NCBI GenBank assembly: GCA_020137815.1
Contig: CM035361.1
Location: 5,146,001 to 5,210,000, forward strand
DNA: 64,000 nt
Origin: Hormiphora californensis
Taxonomy: Eukaryota > Animalia > Ctenophora
Reading direction: 5' to 3'
The notes under the pieces are model-generated. The model was not told the origin of the DNA. It searched no databases and saw only the letters and a list, made by a program, of their open reading frames with translations. Every line of letters begins with the position of its first letter. Positions within the stretch are counted from its first letter, which is position 1. Positions 22,843-36,100 of this stretch are shown here, one piece after another. The position numbers and the translations under genes were made by a program.

Positions 22843-23899
22843 TCGCCTCTGTGTATGTCCTTTCTTGATCCTTTCTCTATAGTCACTATACTCCGATTTG
22901 AAACACAAATTGTCAGTGAAAAGTTTTAATGATATAATCATTTGCAACGATCGAGGGATAGAGTGTGGTGAGTTTAGCCTGCATTAAAATATTATCCATT
23001 GTAAAGAAGGCTAGTGAGATTATTAAGGGAGAGGCAAATATTTGCAGAGAGGGATCAGGGATGCATCGGCTGCAGTCTTAGACTGACTCAGAGAAGAGCA
23101 TTAGTTGAGGTCAACACACCGGAGTGAGAGAGATGTCGGTGACAAGATAATTTTTCAAGCACGGTATATTATATTATATATGCGAGTAAGAGACCTGAGA
23201 CATGGGGGAGGAAAAGGGAGAGAGAGCTAACTGAGCTCGCGTGACAATCTTAGGTAGATAGTCACGCAAGCTCGACTCTATTATGTGCACACTACACAAT
23301 GACCATGTTGTTTTTGAAGTTGAAGGAGGGAGAGATCGTCAGCTCACAGAGAACTTTGCCACAGAGAGCACAATTATACGTACTACGTAGTACAAACTAA
23401 CACATTTTTCAAATGAGCTGATATTAGTGGCAAACTGTCAATATCTATATTCCTATAACTGCTACAGTTATAATTTCGGAGTGTGAAGTTCAACTGAGAT
23501 GATTGTGGTATGAAATTTTGCAAATTGGAAATATAAGTATCGTTCATTTTTATTTCTCTACTACTGTGGACCTTGGTGGCATGACATGATGCATTCTCTT
23601 TTTCCATATAGTTATTCAGCTACCAACACTCGGTCTGTTTCTGTCTTTGAAAATTCAACTATTTGTACTGTACTGCTACCCATTTTCTAAACTCTCGTTT
23701 TTAGCATTGTTTAGTGCAAACCAGCGTACGCTGTTTTTAGTTCTCGCAACAATCTTTCTGTTGGACTGTTCGTTTTTTAACTTTTGAAAAAATGAAAAAT
23801 TGTCAATCAATAAGCATTTCAACCAGAATAATGTTGTAGGTACTGGTATTTGTACGATACATTATAATATTTTGCATTATGTAATAGTATTTTTCAGCC

Positions 23900-26800
23900 A
23901 TGGCTATTTTACTATGGTGTTTCATATTAGTTGGTTCAGTTAGTATTGGTGATTGCAGTGTCATTGCACCTACAACAACGAAACCACCAGGTACGGAGCC
24001 TCTATAACGGGATAGAAAATCAAATGATTGATAATAGCTCTAGTAATTTTATTTTTTTACTACTGTTTTTACCAAACCCTTTTAAATTATTATTTATTGA
24101 CTGATGGGATTTATCAACTTGTAGCAGGCAAAAAAATAAATCAATTCTAAATCAGTCACGTGATAAATCTCCCTCACTTTCAGAAACCACGATGCATCCT
24201 GTTGTACGCAGTACCCTGATTCCATGGGATTTTGAAAATGTTCCACTCCAAGTCCAAACTGATTCAATTTCAAGCGATAATGCAGAATACTGGCTTTGCT
24301 TTATTGTCTATGACAACACTAGAAACAGCTATGAACCTCACGACAGCTGGGTTGCGATTAACCTGCTTTCAAATGGAGACATAAAATACAAGCTTACTAA
24401 TTGTGCTCTGGCTCTCCTACCTATCAAAGCCTCGGCTGGAGAAACCAAGAACTGGATTTTCTCAAAGACAGAGAAATCTCTAATGATTATTTGTAACGGG
24501 GTACCCTTGGTTGACCACATGTTCACCGGTGAGTCGTGTGAAGGCAGTTTGTGGAGAGGAACCACTTTGAACAAAATATCTTTTTGGCATGGTGATAAAG
24601 CATCGAAACTGTATAGCAGAGGTGAGTAATGAGTGCACAAAATATTTTAAATAATTTCAATAGCATCCCCTTAATTAGGAAAACCAAAAGTAACTATGGT
24701 TCTTTTCCACTACAGTACTGTATTGTCCTGGATTCTCGATCCCTGGATCGACTGTGGAGAACTGGGATCCTCAACCACTCGGAACTACAGTGACCGTGGA
24801 GTGTAAAGAGAATCATGTGTTGCTAGGAAACGGAGTTGGGAGTTGTCTGGAGACTGGACAGTGGAATGTGGCAACTGTACCAGCGTGTAAAGAGTATCGT
24901 AAGTCAAGTTTTATTTGTTTTTTTTCTGGTATTGGGATGGAAAAAATTGGGGGGTATGTGTTAGCAAAAGTTTAACAGGGCACCATGTTATGTTTCCTCT
25001 TTTTAATAGTAAAAGAGGTTAGACAAACAAAATATAACTACAAGTTTCATTTCCTCTCTCCATTGGCTCTCCCTCTTACCTTTACACCTTATTTAGAGTC
25101 TTCTCCAGCTACCTCCACTGTTGAAATGTTCCTTGTCTGTCAGCTCTCACACCGGGCCGAAGGTCCGGTGTGAGCTTACGCGAAACCGAAGCGCTTAAAG
25201 GGCGGAACGGACAGACTGCGTAGCATGGCAACTCCACTGTTTTTTACAAAACAACAGTAAGTGTGGCTCCTTTATTTATTTTCCAGTACCTACTATCAAA
25301 CACGTTTCTTCTTCTTTCCTTCTCGGCGACTCTTCAAAAAGCACCGCAATGGTGTTCTCAATTATAAATAGTCGATAAAGGTTTGTGTGAACCTGCTTTG
25401 GATACCACGGAGTTTGTCTAATGAGTATCGGATCAAATTCATATTTCATAATCACATTGAGGATCAAATTGAGGATCACATGGATCAGAATCCAGCTGAT
25501 GGTAAACAGGGCCTGGTGCAATGTGAGTAAACTATCCGATAGATAATCGATATCACTAACCCCCCTAAACCCCCACCAGGGGATTAACCCGGTTGGGGAC
25601 CTGCAGAGTCTCGCCCCCAAAACCCCCTGCCGCTGGCCAACACGATGCTATCTCGAAAATTACGTTGCTCCGCACCCCCCCTGGAAAAAAATCCCGTGTC
25701 GTGGGTCCTGCCAACGGGCAGCCCTAACCCGTCTCGACCGCGAATATCGACGGATTATTAGTGAAGTAGTGGAAGGCACCCAGATTTTAGGGCACTGTTA
25801 CGTCTTACGATCTGGGTGTTTATAACAGGTGCACCGTGCACGCTGCGAAAAAATTACCCTGCACTAAAATGGCTCTAACCACCAAACCACTCAACCGTTT
25901 TGGCCAATTCAAAGTTTATCTGATAGGAAATGTCAATCCCTAACTCCAAACCAATTTCCAGCCATAACCCTAACCCTACTTTAGTCCTAACCCTAAAAAC
26001 CGTGCGTGCTGACACTCAAAACACACAGATTTTAAAGTGCGATTTTTAATAATGCGAACCGGGGGCGCGCATTAATAATAACATAATTCCATTTGCGCGT
26101 GCTAAATCCGGTTCCTGATAAGATAGGGACTTTTCATTGGTCGCATTAGAAAGATACAGTTTTTTTTCTTTTCAACGCAACCAGGATGGAAAACGTTAAA
26201 ATCTGGGTGCCTTTCATTGCTAACAATTCGTAGTTTTAGCGCGCGCGACGGGTTAGGGCTATCCGTTAGGGTCTGGTTTGGGGTTATCGGTTAGGGCTAT
26301 CGATTCTCTATCTTGTTATCTTGTTATCTTGTTATCGTCTTCGTGTACAAACTACACAGGTGTCAGTTCCTCACAGAGCCTCCCCCTCCCTGGAAACTAC
26401 TCGTATCCAGTCCAAGATTGAATTGTTGTTTTGTTTTGGGTATCCGAGTACCAGTGGCCGATCCGGAAATCTCGTCATCCATTTCCCCAGAAGTACCTTG
26501 AACGACGGTAGGTCTTCCGCTAAGTTCACTTCCCTGGGTAATGTATTCCATAGTCGCGTCGCTCTACAGATGAACGAGTTGTGGTACTTCGTTGCGACTG
26601 ACTTTTGAGTGATTGTGGGACAAGTTGGGATTTCCGCTTTTTTCCCCAGACGGTTGTTGTTGTAGAAACGGATGCCGATGTTGTTGGGCGCTGTGCCATT
26701 AGCCATTTTCCACATCATGATGATACTGTAGCGTTCTCGGCGGCGTTGAAGAGAAGTGATTTTAAGCATCTTCAAACGTTCCCAGTAGTTTACGTCGGCC

Positions 26801-29800
26801 ATTCCTTTGATTCGTTTTGTAAACTTCCTTTGGATCGCTTCAACACTCTGGATATCAGAGATCTTTGGTGAATCCCAGAGGGGGCAGCAATATTCCAACT
26901 TACTGCGGACTAGACTTTTGTACAAGATAGTCATCGTCTTTTCGTCCCTTGTTTTGAAGGCCCTTAATACCCATGCACTTATCCTTCGGGCATCTGCTGT
27001 CATTTTTCCTATTTGGTTTTCCCAGGATAGATCATCTGACAATTGAACCCCTAAGTCACGGACGCAGTGTTTAGGTTCAATCTCAAGTCCTTCTGGAGTG
27101 TAGTATGTTTGGAGGTCTTGGGTAAATGGTAGTTGCTTGAGAAGTTGAGTCTTGTTAAGGGAGTATTGTAATACCTCAAATTTATCTTCGTTCAGGCTCA
27201 TGTTGTTGGCCTTTGACCAAATTCCTACTTTAAGTAGGTCCTCTTGGAGTTGGTCGTGCGAAACTTCTCTTTCAATCCCTTTTATGAGTTTAGTATCGTC
27301 CGCAAGTGTTTTGGGTGTTGAGTTTACAACTGCTGAGGTCAGGTCCGCAACATATATGATGAAGAGTATCGGACCTAGTACAGTTCCTTGAGGAACTCCA
27401 CTCAGCACTTTCTCCAGAGACGAGAGTTTTCCATCAACCACGACAGTTTGGTATCTGTCTGTCAGGAAGCATCTGATCCAACTGAGAAGTTTTCCGCGGA
27501 TACCGTAACGTTCTAGCTTTGCAAGGAGAACGCTGATGTCGACCTTGTCGAATGCTTTGGCATAGTCGACATATATCACGTCGACTTCATTTCCATCCCG
27601 TAGTTCTTTCAAGATTGTGTCGACATGTTCAATCAACTGGGTGAGACAGCTGCGTTGCTTTCGGAACCCATGTTGAGATTCGGGAAATAGGTTATTATTC
27701 TCGAAATGTTGGGCAAGGTGTTTCTTCATGATTCGTTCGAACGTTTTTATAACGTTTGATGTGAGAGAAACAGGGCGGTAGTTCGCAGCCTTGGTTCTAT
27801 CTCCTTTCTTGAAGATGGGTACTATCTGTTGCTTTTTCATAGACGGTGGGATGACTTCCTCTTCCATTGATTTGTTCCAGAGGAGCCAGAAAGGGTAGCA
27901 AAGCTGTGCTCTGCACTCATAAAGAATCCTGGCCGGGATGTCACCGTCCGGAGCCGCTCCATAAGGGTTGATTTCCTTTAGGGCGGACTGGATATCCTCT
28001 GGCGTAAAGTCAAAGTTTTCGGTAACCAGATTTGTTTCCGACTTAATCCAGGTCAGGCTCTTCTCAGCGTCTACGTTAGCAGGGTTGCTAAAAACTCCTA
28101 CATATTGATTTTGTAGTAGCTGTGCTTTCTCGGCACTATCTGTGGTCAAGCTTCCATCTGGACGCCTTAGTGGGGCGATTGTTGAAGCAGTTTTTGACTT
28201 CTCCTTCGCGTAGGTGTAGAAGAAACGAGGGTTGATTTTTATCGTTTCAACTGCATTTATTTCCTCTTGGTCTAGATTTTCCAGGATGTTCTCCTTCATT
28301 CTATCATCTAAGAACTCAAGTTGGTCATAGAGATCTTCTTTGCTGGGAGGATCTAGATCTCCTTTTAGTTTCGTCTTTATCTTTCGGGCCTTCCGTTTAA
28401 TAGTTTCAGATATGGAGGCGAGACACTGTGTTGAGACGTGCACCATTGCGACGCGCATTGCGACGCGCATTTTGGCTTTGCGACGCGCATATGCGCGTCG
28501 CAATGCTTAAATGCGCGTCGCAAAGCCAAAATGCGCGTCGCAATGCGCGTCGCAATGGTGCGCGTCTCAACACAGTGTCTCGCCTCCATTCTCTGCTTGT
28601 GTGTTTTTCCTTTTCCACGTTCGGCCTTTCTGGGGAGGGTTTCCAATGCAATTTCACGTACGATCTGGGTTACGTAGGTCGAGTACTGCTCTAGGTCATA
28701 AATATCACCATTTTTGCAGAGCTGGAGCAGTCCATCCCAGTTTATTTCGCACAGTTTTGTCTTCTTCTATCAGTTACCGTTTAGTTTATTCAAATTGGCC
28801 ATGTGGTTGCGTGGCTATAGCCGTTTAAAAAAAGTCGGTCTAAGTGTACTCTTTTGGTAGCGCGCACCTGTAAACAGGCCGCAAGGCACCCAGATTATAA
28901 TCGCGCCCAACCAGGATCAAGTCTTGGCCTAAAGTTGGAAAAAAATGGAACACGACTGTGCGGGTGTACCAGTATAGTGTTGTGTTGGCACACGGAGAGT
29001 CTTGGCCTAAAGTCGGATTTTTTGAAACTGTCACCCCCCTTTTCGTGCGCGGAATGTTTTTGCGCGTCACATCACATGTTAACGTGTGGTGTGCGCGTCA
29101 AAATTGATAAATTTCACATGCGCGGTCATTTTGGGGTGACAGTTTCAAAAAATCCGACTTTATGCTATATTTTTACAGGCCCTAAATAGAAGCCGTGGAA
29201 AACGCGCGCACTTGGGGCCTGCAGCGCATGCCAAGATCAAGTCTTTATCTTATCAGGAGCCAGAGATATGATCAAAACAACCGACAAAAAACTTTCCCAC
29301 GGTGCGTGGGAATTTTTTGCGTTTCGCTTTAAAGTCGGATTTTTTGAAGTTGTCACCCCCTTGTCGTGCGCGGAATGTTTTTGCGCGTCACATCACATGT
29401 TAACGTGTGGTGTGCGCGTCAAAATTGATAAATTTCACATGCGCGGTCATTTTGGGGTGACAACTTCAAAAAATCCGACTTTATTAAAAATCGGACTTTA
29501 TTAAAGTACACCCCAAACTACTATGACCCTCACTCGGGTTTTGTGAAATTTCCCACGATCATAACTCCACTCCCTGATGAGATAGAGACTTGAAATTTGT
29601 TTTGTACGAAGAACTCGATATGATCTCCCTACAAAACAAATTTCAAGTCTCTATCTTATCAGGGGGTGGAGCTATGGCCGTCTAAAATCCGGTCGCGCGC
29701 AGCAAGGGACATAGTAGTTTGGGGGGACCTTTAACGTTTGCCGTGTGCTTTTTATGAGAAATTTTCGAAATTTCGATGCGCGCGGCGTAAAATCTGCGTG

Positions 29801-31214
29801 TTTTGTCACGCGCAAAACTAAAACTTACGCAGCGCATTTGCGCGCGCTATTTTGACACTTGAATCTCCCACGTCGCACGACTCTGTACAAAATGAATGAA
29901 AGTCGGAAAAAAAAATTCACTAACCCCAACACCGATTGGCATCACTTTCCGACAGCCGAAGAGAAGCTGCCGAAGAGAGAAAGGGGGTAACCGTATGAAG
30001 AGTTAATCGCGATGAGTCTCATTCACATTGGGTTCGATCATTTGCCCCCGGTGTTGGGGTTAGTAATAAATAAATAAATCTTAAAATCACTCACAATAAA
30101 TATTACAAATAAAAAGTCAGTCAGTAAAATCACACATTGCGATGGGAGGTGGAGTCGTGAACTTCTTCCTCGTGCCCCTCAGTGAGACCAAAGTGCTTCT
30201 GAGGAGACAGAACCGTATCCGCGTTCTCAAGAAATTAATCACCTCAGCGTATTTGTCCTTGTGTTTAGTTGAGATGCGTGAAGCTAACTTCGGAAGAAAC
30301 GTGATTACCAACAAAGAATCAGAGAATCGGAGAGAGGGGCTTTCACCCCGTTTGTTATGGCTACTTCCGGAGGTTCCGGACCAGAGGCAGAACGACTAAT
30401 CAAAAAGCTCGCTTCACGCATCTCTACCAAACACAAGGATAAATATGCTGAAGTGATTAATTTCCTGAGAACGCGGATACGATTCTGTCTCCTCAGAAGT
30501 ACTCTGGTCTCACTCAGGGGCACGAGGAAAAAGTTCACGACTCCACCACCCATTGCAATGTGTGATTTTACTGACTGACTTTTTATTTATAATATTTATT
30601 GTTTATTTGAGTGAGTGATTTTAAGATTTATTTATTACTAACCCCAACACCGGGGGCAAATGATCGAACCCAATGTGAATGAGACTCATCGCGATTAACT
30701 CTTCATACGGTTACCCCCTTTCTCTCTTCGGCAGCTTCTCATCGGCTGTTGGAAAGTGATGCCAATCGGTGTTGGGGTTAGTGAATTAGTAAAAAAAACT
30801 GAAAATTTTCAAAGTTTCCCAAAGCCAAACTGCCTTGAGAGGAAATCGGAGGAAGATCGCCATCGCCAACCTAAGTTTAGTTTTTTTAACGATGCAGCCA
30901 TTCTTTACTGTGTCTCTACCCCTTTTTTCCGTGTCCTAACACAATATACCTATGGTACACCCGCACACGTGTTCCTTTTATGTTTTTTTAACGATTTTAA
31001 TGATCAAATATCAACCCCCATTCCTATGTATTAGCTAATTCAAACAGCTGTAATGTCTGAGGAAGTATGTACTGCTCCCCTTGCCGCTCTTCAAGAATGC
31101 ATCAAGTCAAACGGGGAGGAAGGTTCATGTGCAGGATTTGCTGCCGCGCTGAGGGAGTGCTGTGAGGCTAATAACAGCTCAAGTGGTGTCTGTGAACTGC
31201 AAACAGGAAGCTAA
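23900..31214 (+). CDS. Secreted protein: signal peptide + ctenophore-type domain + sushi/CCP + probable twin-CX9C terminal exon
   Basis: Exons 23900-23990 (MAILLWCFILVGSVSIG), 24184-24621 (IPWDFENVPLQVQTDS), 24716-24898 (C..TVTVECKENHVLLG..C.ETGQWN..PAC) and 31048-31214. All are phase-1 GT-AG junctions in frame. Linkage of the last exon is inferred. Confidence 0.7.
26311..28765 (-). mobile_element. 5'-truncated CR1/L2-group LINE (RT intact, endonuclease absent)
   Basis: ORF 26371-28503 has NYRPVSLTS, QHGFR, VDYAKAFD, GVPQGTVLGP, LADD and RDLGV, with a (GATAACAA)n tail. The frame continues to ~28764 once the MITE at 28414-28587 is removed. Confidence 0.92.
28414..28587. mobile_element. 174-bp palindromic MITE, AT TSD (ISL2EU-like)
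   Basis: GGAGGCGAGACACTGTGTTGAGACG TIR, almost fully self-complementary; second copy at 52008-52181. Confidence 0.88.
29010..29481. mobile_element. Two copies (29010-29160, 29332-29481) of a TA-flanked MITE
   Basis: TIR AAGTCGGATTTTTTGAA.(C/T)TGTCACCCC, near-identical internal sequence, TA on both sides. Confidence 0.85.
29505..29730. mobile_element. TTAA-flanked MITE (Kolobok-like)
   Basis: TTAA-AGTACACCCCAAACTACTATG ... CATAGTAGTTTGGGGGGACCT-TTAA. Confidence 0.75.
29913..30787. mobile_element. Head-to-head pair of 5'-truncated CRE-clade (RLE) retrotransposon 3' ends, each followed by the same ~150-bp inverted-repeat-bounded module
   Basis: 30291-30578(+) reads RKKRDYQQRIRESERGAFTPFVMATSGG..LASRIS..Y..V...LRTRIRFCLLRS.L..LRGTR, a CRE-type C-terminus. 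The shorter copy is 30117-30290(-). Modules lie at ~29913-30065 and ~30636-30787. Confidence 0.8.
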
Positions 31215-31339
31215 GATCGAAATTTGTGGAACTCGACATTAAAACGACGTGTTACATTTTCGTAACAAAATACTGGAAGAATAGAGAGACGCTCATTTCG
31301 TAAACCTCGTCAACATTTTTTTACTAAAATTATTTTTTA

Positions 31340-32525
31340 TTAATCCTCTCTTGACAGAATGTCTTTGATTGTCTCTACCTCCGTATTGATGTAACTTAAA
31401 ATGTTGTCAAGTAATTCGGGTGTCGGCAGCTCTGCCCACCTATCTCCCTGTTCCCCACAACCCCAGGCTCCCTCCCTCTCTATCCCTTCTTCCTGGACAC
31501 TCATTTCACCATCACACTCTTGTTCGCACTTTAGAAACTCGTCTAGAGAGGTTCCCGACATTACAAACAATAAACCTTCTTCATCATCACTGTAAAGCGT
31601 TGGTTCCTCCGAGTATTCCGTCTGAGAATCTTCCTCTTCTTCTTCTTCTTCCTCGATTTCAAGGTTGTGATAGGGTGTGGTGTGACCCCACATGACCGCA
31701 ATTACTGTACCGGCATCAACTCCAGACCCACCAGTCACAACCCGTCCATCATTATCCTCACTGCTATATTCAACGCATATAACACCACCCTGCTCCTCCT
31801 CGATCGATGCTAGAGCCATCGGGGTTGTGATTGCGGGTTGATCCCTCGTCGGTTCCGTCAAAAACAACTGAAATGCACTTGAAATCCGGCCATTGTTGTC
31901 ATGGTACACCTCGATCATTGGAGTACTGGCTGGTGTCGAAAGGGGTGATGAGTAAATTGGTATTTCTGGCAGTAGTAGAGTATCCTGAGGAGTACTCTCA
32001 ATTTCCCAATCATAAAGTCCTTCTTTTCGGGTCAGCTCGGAGTTAATTCTCACCTTCCCAACTACTTCCCCGGCCGAAAGCTCCATGGGAGAGAGGTAAC
32101 TTTCAACTTCCACCTCACAATAATAACATGGAAACTTAACAGACACGTCCACTCCAGCTGCACTTGCTTCTGGTGATACGGGGTTTGTGCAGCCCAACAA
32201 ACTTGATAGAGTCAGCGCCAGTTCACCATTTTGAATCTTGTTTAGGGCATTTTGTGGGAGAATGGCATGGAGAGATGCTATCGAGGGTGGTTTTGGAGCC
32301 CACGATTCTTGACTGAAGCACCTCCTTAATGAGATGAGTTTACGTTCTCGAAAGGAAGCATACGTTTTATCTGATCTCTCCACCGATCTTGACAAAGTCT
32401 GAATGGGTCGATGAGAATCAATCACACTCCGGTTTGCTTGAAGGGGACTGTCAAGGACTAGTTTTCCTCTGGGTCGCGTAACTCCTTCAACGTCATCTAC
32501 AAGTTCCTCAATCTGGCTACTCCAC
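31340..32525 (-). CDS. Large exon of an acidic protein of unknown function
   Basis: 361-aa ORF (31340-32425) that stays open to ~32530, with an Asp/Glu-rich C-terminus. No family recognised; upstream exons unresolved. Confidence 0.55.
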
Positions 32526-33162
32526 TGATTTACCGTGGTGGGCCAGGCTAAACTCTGAAAAGGTGGGATTTTAGATTTCGGTATGTTCGAGACGATTTAG
32601 ATAGTATTTGGTAATAGTCGATAAATAACCCCATAATGCGTGTGTCACTGCTCCTACCTCATGGTTGGTGATGCTGGGGGGTTGATGCTTCACCCCACCT
32701 AGGAACTTACTAAAGATCCCTTTCACTGCTCGGGCCATGATACTATCAACCACGATTCAACAACAAATATAGGTTTAGAGAATCCACATTATCAAGGCTT
32801 ACTTCCCTCAGAAGAATAGCAAACAAGGATCAGGATCTTGGTTAAAAATGGCGATTCCGAGATTAGAAGCAACAGGCTTACACACACATAACAACACTTG
32901 GCCGCAATATAGCTATACCTGAGAGATACCTGAGATCGTGCCCAACTATTTACCCCTCATTAGACTGTCCAACACATGGTTTTGGTTGTCATGGTAACAA
33001 GAATGCACACTTGGGTAACATGAGTTTCAAACAATGGCCTTAACCCTCTGTTTTTAGCCCCTTTACACACTCCCTGGCCCTCCCCTCCCTATTATACCTT
33101 GCCTTTCCTCTGATCTCTCCCTCTCTCTCACATCTATATTTCACAGCTGCTATAGCTCCACT

Positions 33163-36100
33163 ATGGCAGGACGGTGGGTAAGCAACCGATTGAATGATGT
33201 GAAGGATAATACTGTCTCAGGAACTCAAAAAGTTATATCAGCCAATACCTATGCTCGCCGAGTATCTACCCACCACTCATACGATTATGAACGTGAGTTT
33301 TCACACTACCGCCCACTCGTATGTAGAACAAATCTTCATACCAGTGACATAAAATAAATAAGAATTGCTGGGCATTGGGAAAGATTGATAATTAAATGTT
33401 TTACAAATTTTCCATCGGAAAACCGTAAATGTTTTTGTTTCAGTGGCCCAGCAGCATCTGGATATTTCAAAGTGTCTGAAAGAGGGTGAACTGACTGATA
33501 ATGACCAGGATTTCAATGTGTTTCTTGAATCAACACTGGGAAACATTCACAAACTAAGTGAGTTTTAACCAAATTTCTGGTTGCCATGGTATTCACTGTT
33601 TAGACAGTTATTATTTTATAGTGGGCAATCCGTATAACACAATAACCTCGATAGTCCATACCTTACATCACGAGTTTTTTCATCGTTTGAATTTTAGTTC
33701 CATGACTCATCTCATCACCTCGTATTCACACTACCTCACATTTCCTCATAGTACCTCACACTACCTCACACTACCTCACCCTCATACTACCTCACCTTAC
33801 CTCACCCTCATACTACCTCACCTTACCTCACCCTCACCCTCACACTACCTCACCCTCATACTACCTCACCCTACCTCACCCTCACACTACCTCACCCTCA
33901 TACTACCTCACCCCCATACTACCTCACCCTCACATAACCTCACCCTCATACTACCTCACCCTACCTCACCCTCACCTTCACACTACCTCACTCTCATACT
34001 ACCTCACCCTACCTCACACTGCATGCACTACCTCACCCTCGCAGGCAAGATGTTCATGATCGTCAACACCTCACTACCACGAGCGCCAATCATCTTCGTC
34101 AGCAATGAGTTTACAGATTTCTACCGATATGACAGGAATGATATTTTCCTCACGGATGCACGGTTGGAGTTCATGGTCGGGAGTCAAACCAGGTTAATTG
34201 ATTTGATGAAGGAGCGTTGTTTGGTGTATCGCGCGTGACAGACGGGGACACTTTTTAAACCCCATTTTAGCGATTCAGTTTTCATGGTTGCGGACCGATA
34301 CAATTGCCATGATAACAGTAAAAATTGGCTGAATAAAGAGTGCCACCATGCGGAGCCCGTGCTTGAGGTGCACCCGATGGATGTGCTAGTATAATTAATA
34401 TTAAAAAAATTAACTAACTTGTATTACATGCACCATGTATCATTTGACCTATGTAACCATTGTTTCAGGCCATCTCTGTTTCGTGAGATAATGTACACCC
34501 TGGAAACAACAACAGAGAACACTTTGGAGCACACTTTGTACACAAAAGATGGGATTCCTATTCCTACTACTATTGGCCTCCTCAAGGTTTGTCTTCTTAG
34601 TGGCCCCCCCCCCCCCCCCCCCCATGGGCGATACTTACTCTACCAAACCCTCAAACGGCTCACAGAGCGGGCTTTTTTAAAAAATGTCAATATAATGCCC
34701 TTTACCGTACATGCTGTACCGAAAAACGTCAAACATTTTAAATTGTATCCAAGTTTTGTTGTTTGATAAAAACCTAATATAAGCCTCTCTCAGATAATGT
34801 CTTCAAGCGATGGAAAGAAGGACGAGTATTTTGCCATGACATTCAATCCCTTCAACCCGAAAACGGAGGCGGAAGACGATTCTGGTTTTGACAAAGAAAT
34901 AATGTGTGAACTAGGGGAGAAATCATTGGTGTCTCCCCTGGTTAGGTCCAAGAATAAAGTTCTCAGACCTTACCAAAAATCAATTATACAGTAAGTATCA
35001 TGCTAATTAAATAATTTTGTGCCTAATTATACTTTACTTGCCGACTGCTGTTACTGGGACATCAAATTTCCACACTGTTTTCTCCCAACAGCCGTTGTCA
35101 AAACTACCTACTGGAAAACTGTGCTTCCATGACCCGACTCCTGTCCGACTCAGCAGTCCGCTCCGCTTGGGACTGGTTTGTTCTTTTTCTCACGGTGTGG
35201 GCTGTCTTTGCCAATCCCATTCAGAGTATTTTTGATGGGAACATCTACTATAACCCTACGGTGAGTCTGCCGTGTGAATATCCAGCCTAAATAAAATTTG
35301 GGTAAGCTGGAACCCAAAGATCGAGACATCATGCCCAAAATGTTTTGATTATAATGCAAGAGAAGCTGCAAATCTTTGTAACTTAGCTTTATTGATACAG
35401 TCGGACCCCGATTTAACGGCACTCTAGGGGGAAAGGGTTTGTCTGTTAAATCGGAGTGTCCGCTAAATTGGGGTCAAATACTGTTAATTTCCTATATCGG
35501 GGGAAGGTTATGCTGCCGTTAAATCGGGGTGCCGCTAAATTGGGGGCCGTTAAATCGGGGTCCGAGTTCCGACTGTAGTTTGTACTTTGCAATCTTTATA
35601 ACATTTGTTTGAATTAATAATTCATTATTTTTGTGTTTCAGGTTGATTGGATAACAGATGTAGTGTTTAACTTTGATATTATCGTAAACTTCCGATCTAC
35701 CTACGTCAATCAGGTTAGTACTTAGCAGGAACCGACCGACAAAAGTAAACAACCAATCAGAACTCGTTATTTAGGTCACGTGACTGGTTATCAGCCAATC
35801 AGGGACCAGTATTTCCTGATTCGGTCGGTTCCTGGTACTTATTATTGTTTGATATACAGCTAGAGTAGTAATAAGTAGAGTAAGCACTAAGCTAAAAGCT
35901 GTAAGGGACATTAAAATGGGTTGATATAATACCGTTCTGAAAGTGAAGAAGAAGAGCAGTATTGAAATTAGTATTCATCCGGCATGGACGACTGGCAGTC
36001 TATCAAAACACAGTTTTAATTCCAAGATTGCCAATCTTCATATTATCATTGTCGAATGAAATATTTGTTTGTTTAGTATGTAAATTCGTTTAGATCATTA

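Larger units (their letters stand above)
26188..28908. mobile_element. Mutator-type MITE M1 split by a LINE insertion
   Basis: 5' half 26188-26312, 3' half ~28766-28908, 9-bp TSD AACCAGGAT. Confidence 0.9.

Noticed and set aside
30030-30040. tRNA/Pol III B-box (GGTTCGATC)
   Set aside because: The box is imperfect, with no A-box or cloverleaf.
33558-34040. His/Pro-rich protein
   Set aside because: This is an intronic minisatellite read-through; only the 3' part (from ~34045) is a real KCNH exon.
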